64,000 nt of DNA. Source: Eledone cirrhosa (taxonomy: Eukaryota). The translations under genes and the position numbers were made by a program. The DNA lies in assembly GCA_964016885.1 (NCBI GenBank), contig OZ024740.1:422964001-423028000 (forward strand), in the 5' to 3' direction. Below, one piece after another: positions 10,098 through 23,600 of the stretch. Within the stretch, counting starts at the first letter, position 1. Each line of letters begins with the position of its first letter. The notes below the pieces were generated by a model. It was given only the letters and a program-made list of their open reading frames with translations, was not told the origin of the DNA and did not search any database.

Positions 10098-12133
10098 CTA
10101 GACCTTAGGACAGAGAAGAGGTGTTGATGGAGAAGGTCAGAAGTGTGGAGAGAGTGGTTGACAGGTCTGGATGTAAGGAGAGCTGGACCTTAGGACAGAG
10201 AGGAGGTGTTGATAGAGAAGGTCAGAAGTGTGGAGAGAGTGGTAGAGAGGTCTCGATGTAAGGAGATCTAGACCTCAGGACAGAGAGGAGGTGTTGATAG
10301 AGAAGGTCAGATGTGTGGAGAGAGTGGTTGACAGGTCTGGATGTAAGGAGAGCTAGACCTTAGGACAGAAGGGAGGTGTTGATAGAGAAGGTCAGAAGTG
10401 TGGAGAGAGTGGTTGACAGTTCTGGATGTAAGGAGAGCTGGACCTTAGGAGAGAGAGGAGGTGTTGATCGAGAAGGTAAGATGTGTGGAGAGAGTGGTTG
10501 ACAGGTCTGGATGTAAGGAGAGCTAGACCTTAGGACAGAGAAGAGGTGTTGATGGAGAAGGTCAGAAGTGTGGAGAGAGTGGTTGACAGGTCTGGATGTA
10601 AGGAGAGCTAGACCTTAGGACAGAGAGGAGGTGTTGATAGAGAAGGTCAGATATGTGGAGAGAGTGGTTGACAGGTCTGGATGTAAGGCGAGCTGGACCT
10701 TAGGACAGAGAGGAGATGTTGTTAGAGAAGGTCAGAAGTGTGGAGAGAGTGGTTGACAGGTCTGGATGTAAGGAGAGCTAGACCTTAGGACAGAGAGAAG
10801 GTGTTGATAGAGAAGGTCAAAAGTGTGGAGAGAGTGGATGACAGGTCTGGATGTAAGGAGAGCTAGACCTTAGGACAGAAGGGAGGTGTTGATAGAGGTC
10901 AGAAGTGTGGAGAGAGTGGTTGACAGGTCTGGATGTAAGGAGAGCTGGACCTTAGGACAGAGAGGAGGTGTTGATTGAGAAGGTCAAAAGTGTGGAGAGA
11001 GTGGTTGACAGGTCTGGATGTAAGGAGAGCTGGACCTTAGGACAGAGAGGGGGTGTTGATAGAGAAGGTCAGATGTGTGGAGAGAGTGGTTGACAGGTCT
11101 GGATGTAAGGAGAGCTGGACCTTAGGAGAGAGAGGAGGTGTTGATCGGGAAGGTAAGATGTGTGGAGAGAGTGGTTGACAGGTCTGGATGTAAGGAGAGC
11201 TAGACCTTAGGACAGAGAAGGGGTGTTGATGGAGAAGGTCAGAAGTGTGGAGAGAGTGGTTGACAGGTCTGGATGTAAGGAGAGCTGGACCTTAGGACAT
11301 AGAGGAGGTGTTGATAGAGAAGGTCAGAATTGTGGAGAGAGTGGTTGACAGGTCTGGATGTAAGGACAGCTGGACCTTAGGACAGAGAGGAGGTGTTGAT
11401 AGAGAAGGTCAGAAGTCTGGAGAGAATGGTTGACAGGTCTGGATGTGAGGAGAGCTAGAGCTTAGGACAGAAGGGAGGTGTTGATAGAGGTCAGAAGTGT
11501 GGAGAGAGTGGTAGAGAGGTCTGGATGTAAGGAGAGCTGGACCTTAGGACAGAGAGGAGGTGTTGATGGAGAAGGTCAGAAGTGTGGAGAGAGTGGTTGA
11601 CAGGTCTGGATGTAAGGAGAGCTAGACCTTAGGACAGAGAAGAGGTGTTGATGGAGAAGGTCAGAAGTGTGGAGAGAGTGGTTGACAGGTCTGGATGTAA
11701 GGAGAGCTGGACCTTAGGACAGAGAGGAGGTGTTGATAGAGAAGGTCAGAAGTGTGGAGAGAGTGGTAGAGAGGTCTCGATGTAAGGAGATCTAGACCTC
11801 AGGACAGACAGGAGGTGTTGATAGAGAAGGTCAGATGTGTGGAGAGAGTGGTTGACAGGTCTGGATGTAAGGAGAGCTAGACCTTAGGACAGAAGGGAGG
11901 TGTTGATAGAGAAGGTCAGAAGTGTGGAGAGAGTGGTTGACAGTTCTGGATGTAAGGAGAGCTGGACCTTAGGAGAGAGAGGAGGTGTTGATCGAGAAGG
12001 TAAGATGTGTGGAGAGAGTGGTTGACAGGTCTGAATGTAAGGAGAGCTAGACCTTAGGACAGAGAAGAGGTGTTGATGGAGAAGGTCAGAAGTGTGGAGA
12101 GAGTGGTTGACAGGTCTGGATGTAAGGAGAGCT
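9113..12133 (+). repeat. Higher-order duplication, period 1524 bp (18 monomers minus 6 bp), overlapping the 14-mer duplication
   Basis: GACCTCAGG lies at 10271 and 11795 with shared variant order. A few differences were seen, near 10797, 11809 and 12034. Confidence 0.85.
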
Positions 12134-14666
12134 GGACCTTAGGACATAGAGGAGGTGTTGATAGAGAAGGTCAGAAGTGTGGAGAGAGTGGTTGACAGGT
12201 CTGGTTGTAAGGACAGCTGGACCTTAGGAAAGAGAGGAGGTGTTGATAGAGAAGGTCAGAAGTGTGGAGAGAGTGGTTGACAGGTCTGGATGTAAGGACA
12301 GCTGGACCTTAGGACAGAGAGAAGGTGTTGATAGAGAAGGTCAGAAGTCTGGAGAGAGTGGTTGACAGGTCTGGATGTGAGGAGAGCTAGACCTTAGGAA
12401 AGAGAGGAGGTGTTGATAGAGAAGGTCAGAAGTGTAGAGAGAGTGGTTGACAGGTCTGGATGTAAGGAGAGGTGGACCTTAGGACAGAGAGGAGGTGTTG
12501 ATGGAGAAGGTAAGAAGTTTGGAGAGAGTGGTAGAGAGGTCTGGATGTAAGGAGAGCTGGACCTTAGGACAGAGAGGAGGTGTTGATGGAGAAGGTCAGA
12601 AGTGTGGAGAGAGTGGTTGACAGGTCTGGATGTAAGGAGAGCTGGACCTTAGGACATAGAGGAGGTGTTGATAGAGAAGGTCAGAAGTGTGGAGAGAGTG
12701 GTTGACAGGTCTGGATGTAAGGAGAGCTGGACCTTAGGACAGAGAGGTGTTTATAGAGAAGGTCAGATATGTGGAGAGAGTGGTTGACAGGTCTGGATGT
12801 AAGGAGAGCTGGACCTTAGGACAGAGAGGAGATGTTGTTAGAGAAGGTCAGAAGTGTGGAGAGAGTGGTTGACAGGTCTGGATGTAAGGAGAGCTAGACC
12901 TTAGGACAGAGAGGAGGTGTTGATAGAGAAGGTCAAAAGTGTGGGGAGAGTGGATGACAGGTCTGGATGTAAGGAGAGCTAGACCTTAGGACAGAAGGGA
13001 GGTGTTGATAGAGGTCAGAAGTGTTGAGAGAGTGGTTGACAGGTCTGGATGTAAGGAGAGCTGGACCTTAGGACAGAGAGGAGGTGTTGATTGAGAAGGT
13101 CAAAAGTGTGGAGAGAGTGGTTGACAGGTCTGGATGTAAGGAGAGCTGGACCTTAGGACAGAGAGGAGGTGTTGATAGAGAAGGTCAGAAGTGTGGAGAG
13201 AGTGGTAGAGAGGCCTCGATGTAAGGAGATCTAGGACAGAGAGGAGGTGTTGATAGAGAAGGTCAGATGTGTGGAGAGAGTGGTTGACAGGTCTGGATGT
13301 AAGGAGAGCTGGACCTTAGGAGAGAGAGGAGGTGTTGATCGGGAAGGTAAGATGTGTGGAGAGAGTGGTTGACAGGTCTGGATGTAAGGAGAGCTAGACC
13401 TTAGGACAGAGAAGGGGTGTTGATGGAGAAGGTCAGAAGTGTGGAGAGAGTGGTTGACAGGTCTGTATGTAAGGAGAGCTGGACCTTAGGACATAGAGGA
13501 GGTGTTGATAGAGAAGGTCAGAATTGTGGAGAGAGTGGTTGACAGGTCTGGATGTAAGGACAGCTGGACCTTAGGACAGAGAGGAGGTGTTGATAGAGAA
13601 GGTCAGAAGTCTGGAGAGAATGGTTGACAGGTCTGGATGTAAGGAGAGCTGGACCTTAGGACAGGGAGGAGGTGTTGATAGTGAAGGTCAGAAGTGTGGA
13701 GAGAGTGGTTGACAGGTCTGGGTGTAAGGAGAGCTAAAGCTTAGGACAGAAGGGAGGTGTTGATAGAGGTCAGAAGTGTGGAGAGAGTGGTAGAGAGGTC
13801 TGGATGTAAGAAGAGCTGGACCTTAGGACATAGAGGAGGTGTTGATAGAGAAGGTCAGAAGTGTGGAGAGAATGGTTGACAGGTCTGGATGTAAGGAGAG
13901 CTGGACCTTAGGACAGGGAGGAGGTGTTGATAGTGAAGGTCAGAAGTGTGGAGAGAGTGGTTGACAGGTCTGGGTGTAAGGAGAGCTAGACCTTAGGACA
14001 GAGAGGAGGTGTTGATAGAGAAGGTCAGAAGTGTGGAGAGAGTGGTTGACAGGTCTGGATGTAAGGAGAGCTAGACCTTAGGACAGAGAAGAGGTGTTGA
14101 TAGAGAAGGTCAGAAGTGTGGAGAGAGTGGTACACAGGTCTGGATGTAAGGAGAGCTAGACCTTAGGACAGAGAGGATGTGTTGATAGTGAAGGTCAGAA
14201 GTGTGGAGAGAGTGGTTGACTGGTCTGGATGTAAGGACAGCTGGACCTTAGGATAGAGAGGAGGTGTTTATTGAGAAGGTCTGATTTTTGGAGAGAGTGG
14301 TTGACAGGTTTGGATGTAAGGAGAGCTAGACCTTAGGACAGAGAAGAGGTGTTGATGGAGAAGGTCAGAAGTGTGGAGAGAGTGATTGACAGGTCTGGAT
14401 GTAAGGAGAGCTGGACCTTAGGACATAGAGGAGGTGTTGATAGAGAAGGTCAGAATTGTGGAGAGAGTGGTTGACAGGTCTGAATGTAAGGAGAGCTGGA
14501 CCTTAGGACAGAGAGGAGGTGTTGATTGAGAAGGTCAGAAGTGTGGAGAGAGTGGTTGACAGGTCTGGATGTAAGGAGAGCTAGACCTTAGGAAAGAGAG
14601 GAGGTGTTGATAGAGAAGGTCAGAAGTGTGGAGAGAGTGGTTGACAGGTCTGGATGTAAGGAGAGG

Positions 14667-17600
14667 TGGACCTTAGGACAGAAAGGAGGTGTTGATGGAG
14701 AAGGTAAGAAGTTTGGAGAGAGTGGTAGAGAGGTCTGGATGTAAGGAGAGCTGGACCTTAGGACAGAGAAGAGGTGTTGATAGAGAAGGTCAGAAGTGTG
14801 GAGACAGTGGTTGACAGGTCTGGATGTAAGGAGAGCTGGACCTTAGGACAGAGAGGAGGTGTTTATAGAGAAGGTCAGATATGTGGAGAGAGTGGTTGAC
14901 AGGTCTGGATGTAAGGCGAGCTGGACCTTAGGACAGAGAGGAGATGTTGTTAGAGAAGGTCAGAAGTGTGGAGAGAGTGGTTGACAGGTCTGGATGTAAG
15001 GAGAGCTAGACCTTAGGACAGAGAGGAGGTGTTGATAGAGAAGGTCAAAAGTGTGGAGAGAGTGGATGACAGGTCTGGATGTAAGGAGAGCTAGACCTTA
15101 GGACAGAAGGGAGGTGTTGATAGAGGTCAGAAGTGTGGAGAGAGTGGTTGACAGGTCTGGATGTAAGGAGAGCTGGACCTTAGGACAGAGAGGAGGTGTT
15201 GATTGAGAAGGTCAAAAGTGTGGAGAGAGTGGTTGACAGGTCTGGATGTAAGGAGAGCTGGACCTTAGGACAGAGAGGGGGTGTTGATAGAGAAGGTCAG
15301 ATGTGTGGAGAGAGTGGTTGACAGGTCTGGATGTAAGGAGAGCTGGACCTTAGGAGAGAGAGGAGGTGTTGATCGGGAAGGTAAGATGTGTGGAGAGAGT
15401 GGTTGACAGGTCTGGATGTAAGGAGAGCTAGACCTTAGGACAGAGAAGGGGTGTTGATGGAGAAGGTCAGAAGTGTGGAGAGAGTGGTTGACAGGTCTGG
15501 ATGTAAGGAGAGCTGGACCTTAGGACATAGAGGAGGTGTTGATAGAGAAGGTCAGAATTGTGGAGAGAGTGGTTGACAGGTCTGGATGTAAGGACAGCTG
15601 GACCTTAGGACAGAGAGGAGGTGTTGATAAAGAAGGTCAGAAGTCTGGAGAGAATGGTTGACAGGTCTGGATGTGAGGAGAGCTAGAGCTTAGGACAGAA
15701 GGGAGGTGTTGATAGAGGTCAGAAGTGTGGAGAGAGTGGTAGAGAGGTCTGGATGTAAGGAGAGCTGGACCTTAGGACAGAGAGGAGGTGTTGATGGAGA
15801 AGGTCAGAAGTGTGGAGAGAGTGGTTGACAGGTCTGGATGTAAGGAGAGCTGGACCTTAGGAAAGAGAGGAGGTGTTGATAGAGAAGGTCAGAAGTGTGG
15901 AGAGAGTGGTTGACAGGTCTGGATGTAAGGAGAACTAGACCTTAGGACAGAGAGGAGGTGTTGATAGAGAAGGTCAGATGTGTGGAGAGAGTGGTAGAGA
16001 GGTCTGGATGTAAGGAGAGCTGGACCTTAGGACGGAGAGGAGGTGTTGATAGAGAAGGTCAGAAGTGTGGAGAGAGTGGTAGAGAGGTCTGGATGTAAGG
16101 AGAGCTAGACCTTAGGACAGAGAGGAGGTGTTGATGGAGAATGTAAGAAGTGTGGAGAGAGTGGTTGACAGGTCTGGATGTAAGGAGAGCTAGACCTTAG
16201 GACAGAGAGGAGGTGTTGATAGAGAAGGTAAGAAGTGTGGAGAGAGTGGTTGACAGGTCTGGATGTAAGGAGAGCTAGACCTTAGGACAGAGAGGAGGTG
16301 TTGATAGAGAAGGTCAGAAGCGTGGAGAGAGTGGTTGACAGGTCTGGATGTAAGGAGAGCTAGACGTTAGGACAGAGAGGAGGTGTTGATAGAGAAGGTC
16401 AGAAGTGTGGAGAGAGTGGTTGACAGGTCTGGATGTAAGGAGAGCTGGATCTTAGGACAGAGAGGAGGTGTTGTTAGAGAATGTCAGAAGTGTGGAGAGA
16501 CTGGTTGACAGGTCTGGATGTAAGGAGAGCTAGACCTTAGGAAAGAGAGGTGGTGTTGATAGAGAAGGTCAGACGTGTGGAGAGAGTGGTTAACAGGTCT
16601 GGATGTAAGGAGAGCTAGACCTTAGGACAGAGAGGAGGTGTTGATAGAGAAGGTCAGAAGTGTGGAGAGAGTGGTTGACAGGTCTGGGTGTAAGGAGAGC
16701 TAGACCTTAGGACAGAGAGGAGGTGTTGATAGAGAAGGTCAGAAGTGTGGCGAGAGTGGTTGACAGGTCTGGATGTAAGGAGAGCTAGACCTTAGGACAG
16801 AGAAGAGGTGTTGATAGAGAAGGTCAGAAGTGTGGAGAGAGTGGTACACAGGTCTGGATGTAAGGAGAGCTAGACCTTAGGACAGAGAGGATGTGTTGAT
16901 AGTGAAGGTCAGAAGTGTGGAGAGAGTGGTTGACTGGTCTGGATGTAAGGAGAGCTGGATCTTAGGATAGAGAGGAGGTGTTTATTGAGAAGGTCGGATT
17001 TTTGGAGAGAGTGGTTGACAGGTCTGGATGTAAGGAGAGCTAGACCTTAGGACAGAGAAGAGGTGTTGATGGAGAAGGTCAGAAGTGTGGAGAGAGTGGT
17101 TGACAGGTCAGGATGTAAGGAGAGCTGGACCTTAGGACAGAGAGGAGGTGTTGATAGAGAAGGTCAGAAGTGTGGAGAGAGTGGTAGAGAGGTCTCGATG
17201 TAAGGAGATCTAGACCTCAGGACAGAGAGGAGGTGTTGATAGAGAAGGTCAGATGTGTGGAGAGAGTGGTTGACAGGTCTGGATGTAAGGAGAGCTAGAC
17301 CTTAGGACAGAAGGGAGGTGTTGATAGAGAAGGTCAGAAGTGTGGAGAGAGTGGTTGACAGTTCTGGATGTAAGGAGAGCTGGACCTTAGGAGAGAGAGG
17401 AGGTGTTGATCGAGAAGGTAAGATGTGTGGAGAGAGTGGTTGACAGGTCTGGATGTAAGGAGAGCTAGACCTTAGGACAGAGAAGAGGTGTTGATGGAGA
17501 AGGTCAGAAGTGTGGAGAGAGTGGTTGACAGGTCTGGATGTAAGGAGAGCTGGACCTTAGGACATAGAGGAGGTGTTGATAGAGAAGGTCAGAAGTGTGG

Positions 17601-20600
17601 AGAGAGTGGTTGACAGGTCTGGTTGTAAGGACAGCTGGACCTTAGGAAAGAGAGGAGGTGTTGATAGAGAAGGTCAGAAGTGTGGAGAGAGTGGTTGACA
17701 GGTCTGGATGTAAGGACAGCTGGACCTTAGGACAGAGAGGAGGTGTTGATAGAGAAGGTCAGAAGTCTGGAGAGAGTGGTTGACAGGTCTGGATGTGAGC
17801 AGAGCTAGACCTTAGGAAAGAGAGGAGGTGTTGATAGAGAAGGTCAGAAGTGTGGAGAGAGTGGTTGACAGGTCTGGATGTAAGGAGAGGTGGACCTTAG
17901 GACAGAGAGGAGGTGTTGATGGAGAAGGTAAGAAGTTTGGAGAGAGTGGTAGAGAGGTCTGGATGTAAGGAGAGCTGGACCTTAGGACAGAGAGGAGGTG
18001 TTGATGGAGAAGGTCAGAAGTGTGGAGATAGTGGTTGACAGGTCTGGATGTAAGGAGAGCTGGACCTTAGGACATAGAGGAGGTGTTGATAGAGAAGGTC
18101 AGAAGTGTGGAGAGAGTGATTGACAGGTCTGGATGTAAGGAGAGCTGGACCTTAGGACAGAGAGGAGGTGTTTATAGAGAAGGTCAGATATGTGGAGAGA
18201 GTGGTTGACAGGTCTGGATGTAAGGAGAGCTGGACCTTAGGACAGAGAGGAGATGTTGTTAGAGAAGGTCAGAAGTGTGGAGAGAGTGGTTGACAGGTCT
18301 GGATGTAAGGAGAGCTAGACCTTAGGACAGAGAGGAGGTGTTGATAGAGAAGGTCAAAAGTGTGGAGAGAGTGGATGACAGGTCTGGATGTAAGGAGAGC
18401 TAGACCTTAGGACAGAAGGGAGGTGTTGATAGAGGTCAGAAGTGTGGAGAGAGTGGTTGACAGGTCTGGATGTAAGGAGAGCTGGACCTTAGGACAGAGA
18501 GGAGGTGTTGATTGAGAAGGTCAAAAGTGTGGAGAGAGTGGTTGACAGGTCTGGATGTAAGGAGAGCTGGACCTTAGGACAGAGAGGAGGTGTTGATAGA
18601 GAAGGTCAGAAGTGTGGAGAGAGTGGTAGAGAGGTCTCGATGTAAGGAGATCTAGGACAGAGAGGAGGTGTTGATAGAGAAGGTCAGACGTGTGGAGAGA
18701 GTGGTTGACAGGTCTGGATGTAAGGAGAGCTGGACCTTAGGAGAGAGAAGGGGTGTTGATGGAGAAGGTCAGAAGTGTGGAGAGAGTGGTTGACAGGTCT
18801 GTATGTAAGGAGAGCTGGACCTTAGGACATAGAGGAGGTGTTGATAGAGAAGGTCAGAATTGTGGAGAGAGTGGTTGACAGGTCTGGATGTAAGGACAGC
18901 TGGACCTTAGGACAGAGAGGAGGTGTTGATAGAGAAGGTCAGAAGTCTGGAGAGAATGGTTGACAGGTCTGGATGTAAGGAGAGCTGGACCTTAGGACAG
19001 GGAGGAGGTGTTGATAGTGAAGGTCAGAAGTGTGGAGAGAGTGGTTGACAGGTCTGGGTGTAAGGAGAGCTAGAGCTTAGGACAGAAGGGAGGTGTTGAT
19101 AGAGGTCAGAAGTGTGGAGAGAGTGGTAGAGAGGTCTGGATGTAAGAAGAGCTGGACCTTAGGACATAGAGGAGGTGTTGATAGAGAAGGTCAGAAGTGT
19201 GGAGAGAATGGTTGACAGGTCTGGATGTAAGGAGAGCTGGACCTTAGGACAGGGAGGAGGTGTTGATAGTGAAGGTCAGAAGTGTGGAGAGAGTGGTTGA
19301 CAGGTCTGGGTGTAAGGAGAGCTAGACCTTAGGACAGAGAGGAGGTGTTGATAGAGAAGGTCAGAAGTGTGGAGAGAGTGGTTGACAGGTCTGGATGTAA
19401 GGAGAGCTAGACCTTAGGACAGAGAGGATGTGTTGATAGTGAAGGTCAGAGGTGTGGAGAGAGTGGTTGACTGGTCTGGATGTAAGGACAGCTGGACCTT
19501 AGGATAGAGAGGAGGTGTTTATTGAGAAGGTCTGATTTTTGGAGAGTGGTTGACAGGTTTGGATGTAAGGAGAGCTAGACCTTAGGACAGAGAAGAGGTG
19601 TTGATGGAGAAGGTCAGAAGTGTGGAGAGAGTGATTGACAGGTCTGGATGTAAGGAGAGCTGGACCTTAGGATATAGAGGAGGTGTTGATAGAGAAGGTC
19701 AGAATTGTGGAGAGAGTGGTTGACAGGTCTGGATGTAAGGACAGCTGGACCTTAGGACAGAGAGGAGGTGTTGATAGAGAAGGTCAGAAGTCTGGAGAGA
19801 GTGGTTGACAGGTCTGGATGTAAGGAGAGCTAGACCTTAGGAAAGAGAGGAGGTGTTGATAGAGAAGGTCAGAAGTGTGGAGAGAGTGGTTGACAGGTCT
19901 GGATGTAAGGACAGCTGGACCTTAGGACAGAGAGGAGGTGTTGATAGAGAAGGTCAGAAGTGTGGAGAGAGTGGTTGACAGGTCTGGATGTAAGGAGAGC
20001 TAGACCTTAGGAAAGAGAGGAGGTGTTTATAGAGAAGGTCAGATATGTGGAGAGAGTGGTTGACAGGTCTGGATGTAAGGAGAGCTGGACCTTAGGACAG
20101 AGAGGAGATGTTGTTAGAGAAGGTCAGAAGTGTGGAGAGAGTGGTTGACAGGTCTGGATGTAAGGAGAGCTAGACCTTAGGACAGAGAGGAGGTGTTGAT
20201 AGAGAAGGTCAAAAGTGTGGAGAGAGTGGATGACAGGTCTGGATGTAAGGAGAGCTAGACCTTAGGACAGAAGGGAGGTGTTGATAGAGGTCAGAAGTGT
20301 GGAGAGAGTGGTTGACAGGTCTGGATGTAAGGAGAGCTGGACCTTAGGACAGAGAGGAGGTGTTGATTGAGAAGGTCAAAAGTGTGGAGAGAGTGGTTGA
20401 CAGGTCTGGATGTAAGGAGAGCTGGACCTTAGGACAGAGAGGAGGTGTTGATAGAGAAGGTCAGAAGTGTGGAGAGAGTGGTAGAGAGGTCTCGATGTAA
20501 GGAGATCTAGGACAGAGAGGAGGTGTTGATAGAGAAGGTCAGATGTGTGGAGAGAGTGGTTGACAGGTCTGGATGTAAGGAGAGCTGGACCTTAGGAGAG

Positions 20601-23600
20601 AGAAGGGGTGTTGATGGAGAAGGTCAGAAGTGTGGAGAGAGTGGTTGACAGGTCTGTATGTAAGGAGAGCTGGACCTTAGGACATAGAGGAGGTGTTGAT
20701 AGAGAAGGTCAGAATTGTGGAGAGAGTGGTTGACAGGTCTGGATGTAAGGACAGCTGGACCTTAGGACAGAGAGGAGGTGTTGATAGAGAAGGTCAGAAG
20801 TCTGGAGAGAATGGTTGACAGGTCTGGATGTAAGGAGAGCTGGACCTTAGGACAGGGAGGAGGTGTTGATAGTGAAGGTCAGAAGTGTGGAGAGAGTGGT
20901 TGACAGGTCTGGGTGTAAGGAGAGCTAGAGCTTAGGACAGAAGGGAGGTGTTGATAGAGGTCAGAAGTGTGGAGAGAGTGGTAGAGAGGTCTGGATGTAA
21001 GAAGAGCTGGACCTTAGGACATAGAGGAGGTGTTGATAGAGAAGGTCAGAAGTGTGGAGAGAATGGTTGACAGGTCTGGATGTAAGGAGAGCTGGACCTT
21101 AGGACAGGGAGGAGGTGTTGATAGTGAAGGTCAGAAGTGTGGAGAGAGTGGTTGACAGGTCTGGGTGTAAGGAGAGCTAGACCTTAGGACAGAGAGGAGG
21201 TGTTGATAGAGAAGGTCAGAAGTGTGGAGAGAGTGGTTGACAGGTCTGGATGTAAGGAGAGCTAGACCTTAGGACAGAGAGGATGTGTTGATAGTGAAGG
21301 TCAGAGGTGTGGAGAGAGTGGTTGACTGGTCTGGATGTAAGGACAGCTGGACCTTAGGATAGAGAGGAGGTGTTTATTGAGAAGGTCTGATTTTTGGAGA
21401 GTGGTTGACAGGTTTGGATGTAAGGAGAGCTAGACCTTAGGACAGAGAAGAGGTGTTGATGGAGAAGGTCAGAAGTGTGGAGAGAGTGATTGACAGGTCT
21501 GGATGTAAGGAGAGCTGGACCTTAGGATATAGAGGAGGTGTTGATAGAGAAGGTCAGAATTGTGGAGAGAGTGGTTGACAGGTCTGGATGTAAGGACAGC
21601 TGGACCTTAGGACAGAGAGGAGGTGTTGATAGAGAAGGTCAGAAGTCTGGAGAGAGTGGTTGACAGGTCTGGATGTAAGGAGAGCTAGACCTTAGGAAAG
21701 AGAGGAGGTGTTGATAGAGAAGGTCAGAAGTGTGGAGAGAGTGGTTGACAGGTCTGGATGTAAGGACAGCTGGACCTTAGGACAGAAAGGAGGTGTTGAT
21801 GGAGAAGGTAAGAAGTTTGGAGAGAGTGGTAGAGAGGTCTGGATGTAAGGAGAGCTGGACCTTAGGACAGAGAAGAGGTGTTGATAGAGAAGGTCAGAAG
21901 TGTGGAGACAGTGGTTGACAGGTCTGGATGTAAGGAGAGCTGGACCTTAGGACAGAGAGGAGGTGTTTATAGAGAAGGTCAGATATGTGGAGAGAGTGGT
22001 TGACAGGTCTGGATGTAAGGCGAGCTGGACCTTAGGACAGAGAGGAGATGTTGTTAGAGAAGGTCAGAAGTGTGGAGAGAGTGGTTGACAGGTCTGGATG
22101 TAAGGAGAGCTAGACCTTAGGACAGAGAGGAGGTGTTGATAGAGAAGGTCAAAAGTGTGGAGAGAGTGGATGACAGGTCTGGATGTAAGGAGAGCTAGAC
22201 CTTAGGACAGAAGGGAGGTGTTGATAGAGGTCAGAAGTGTGGAGAGAGTGGTTGACAGGTCTGGATGTAAGGAGAGCTGGACCTTAGGACAGAGAGGAGG
22301 TGTTGATTGAGAAGGTCAAAAGTGTGGAGAGAGTGGTTGACAGGTCTGGATGTAAGGAGAGCTGGACCTTAGGACAGAGAGGGGGTGTTGATAGAGAAGG
22401 TCAGATGTGTGGAGAGAGTGGTTGACAGGTCTGGATGTAAGGAGAGCTGGACCTTAGGAGAGAGAGGAGGTGTTGATCGGGAAGGTAAGATGTGTGGAGA
22501 GAGTGGTTGACAGGTCTGGATGTAAGGAGAGCTAGACCTTAGGACAGAGAAGGGGTGTTGATGGAGAAGGTCAGAAGTGTGGAGAGAGTGGTTGACAGGT
22601 CTGGATGTAAGGAGAGCTGGACCTTAGGACATAGAGGAGGTGTTGATAGAGAAGGTCAGAATTGTGGAGAGAGTGGTTGACAGGTCTGGATGTAAGGACA
22701 GCTGGACCTTAGGACAGAGAGGAGGTGTTGATAAAGAAGGTCAGAAGTCTGGAGAGAATGGTTGACAGGTCTGGATGTGAGGAGAGCTAGAGCTTAGGAC
22801 AGAAGGGAGGTGTTGATAGAGGTCAGAAGTGTGGAGAGAGTGGTAGAGAGGTCTGGATGTAAGGAGAGCTGGACCTTAGGACAGAGAGGAGGTGTTGATG
22901 GAGAAGGTCAGAAGTGTGGAGAGAGTGGTTGACAGGTCTGGATGTAAGGAGAGCTGGACCTTAGGAAAGAGAGGAGGTGTTGATAGAGAAGGTCAGAAGT
23001 GTGGAGAGAGTGGTTGACAGGTCTGGATGTAAGGAGAACTAGACCTTAGGACAGAGAGGAGGTGTTGATAGAGAAGGTCAGATGTGTGGAGAGAGTGGTA
23101 GAGAGGTCTGGATGTAAGGAGAGCTGGACCTTAGGACGGAGAGGAGGTGTTGATAGAGAAGGTCAGAAGTGTGGAGAGAGTGGTAGAGAGGTCTGGATGT
23201 AAGGAGAGCTAGACCTTAGGACAGAGAGGAGGTGTTGATGGAGAATGTAAGAAGTGTGGAGAGAGTGGTTGACAGGTCTGGATGTAAGGAGAGCTAGACC
23301 TTAGGACAGAGAGGAGGTGTTGATAGAGAAGGTAAGAAGTGTGGAGAGAGTGGTTGACAGGTCTGGATGTAAGGAGAGCTAGACCTTAGGACAGAGAGGA
23401 GGTGTTGATAGAGAAGGTCAGAAGCGTGGAGAGAGTGGTTGACAGGTCTGGATGTAAGGAGAGCTAGACGTTAGGACAGAGAGGAGGTGTTGATAGAGAA
23501 GGTCAGAAGTGTGGAGAGAGTGGTTGACAGGTCTGGATGTAAGGAGAGCTGGATCTTAGGACAGAGAGGAGGTGTTGTTAGAGAATGTCAGAAGTGTGGA

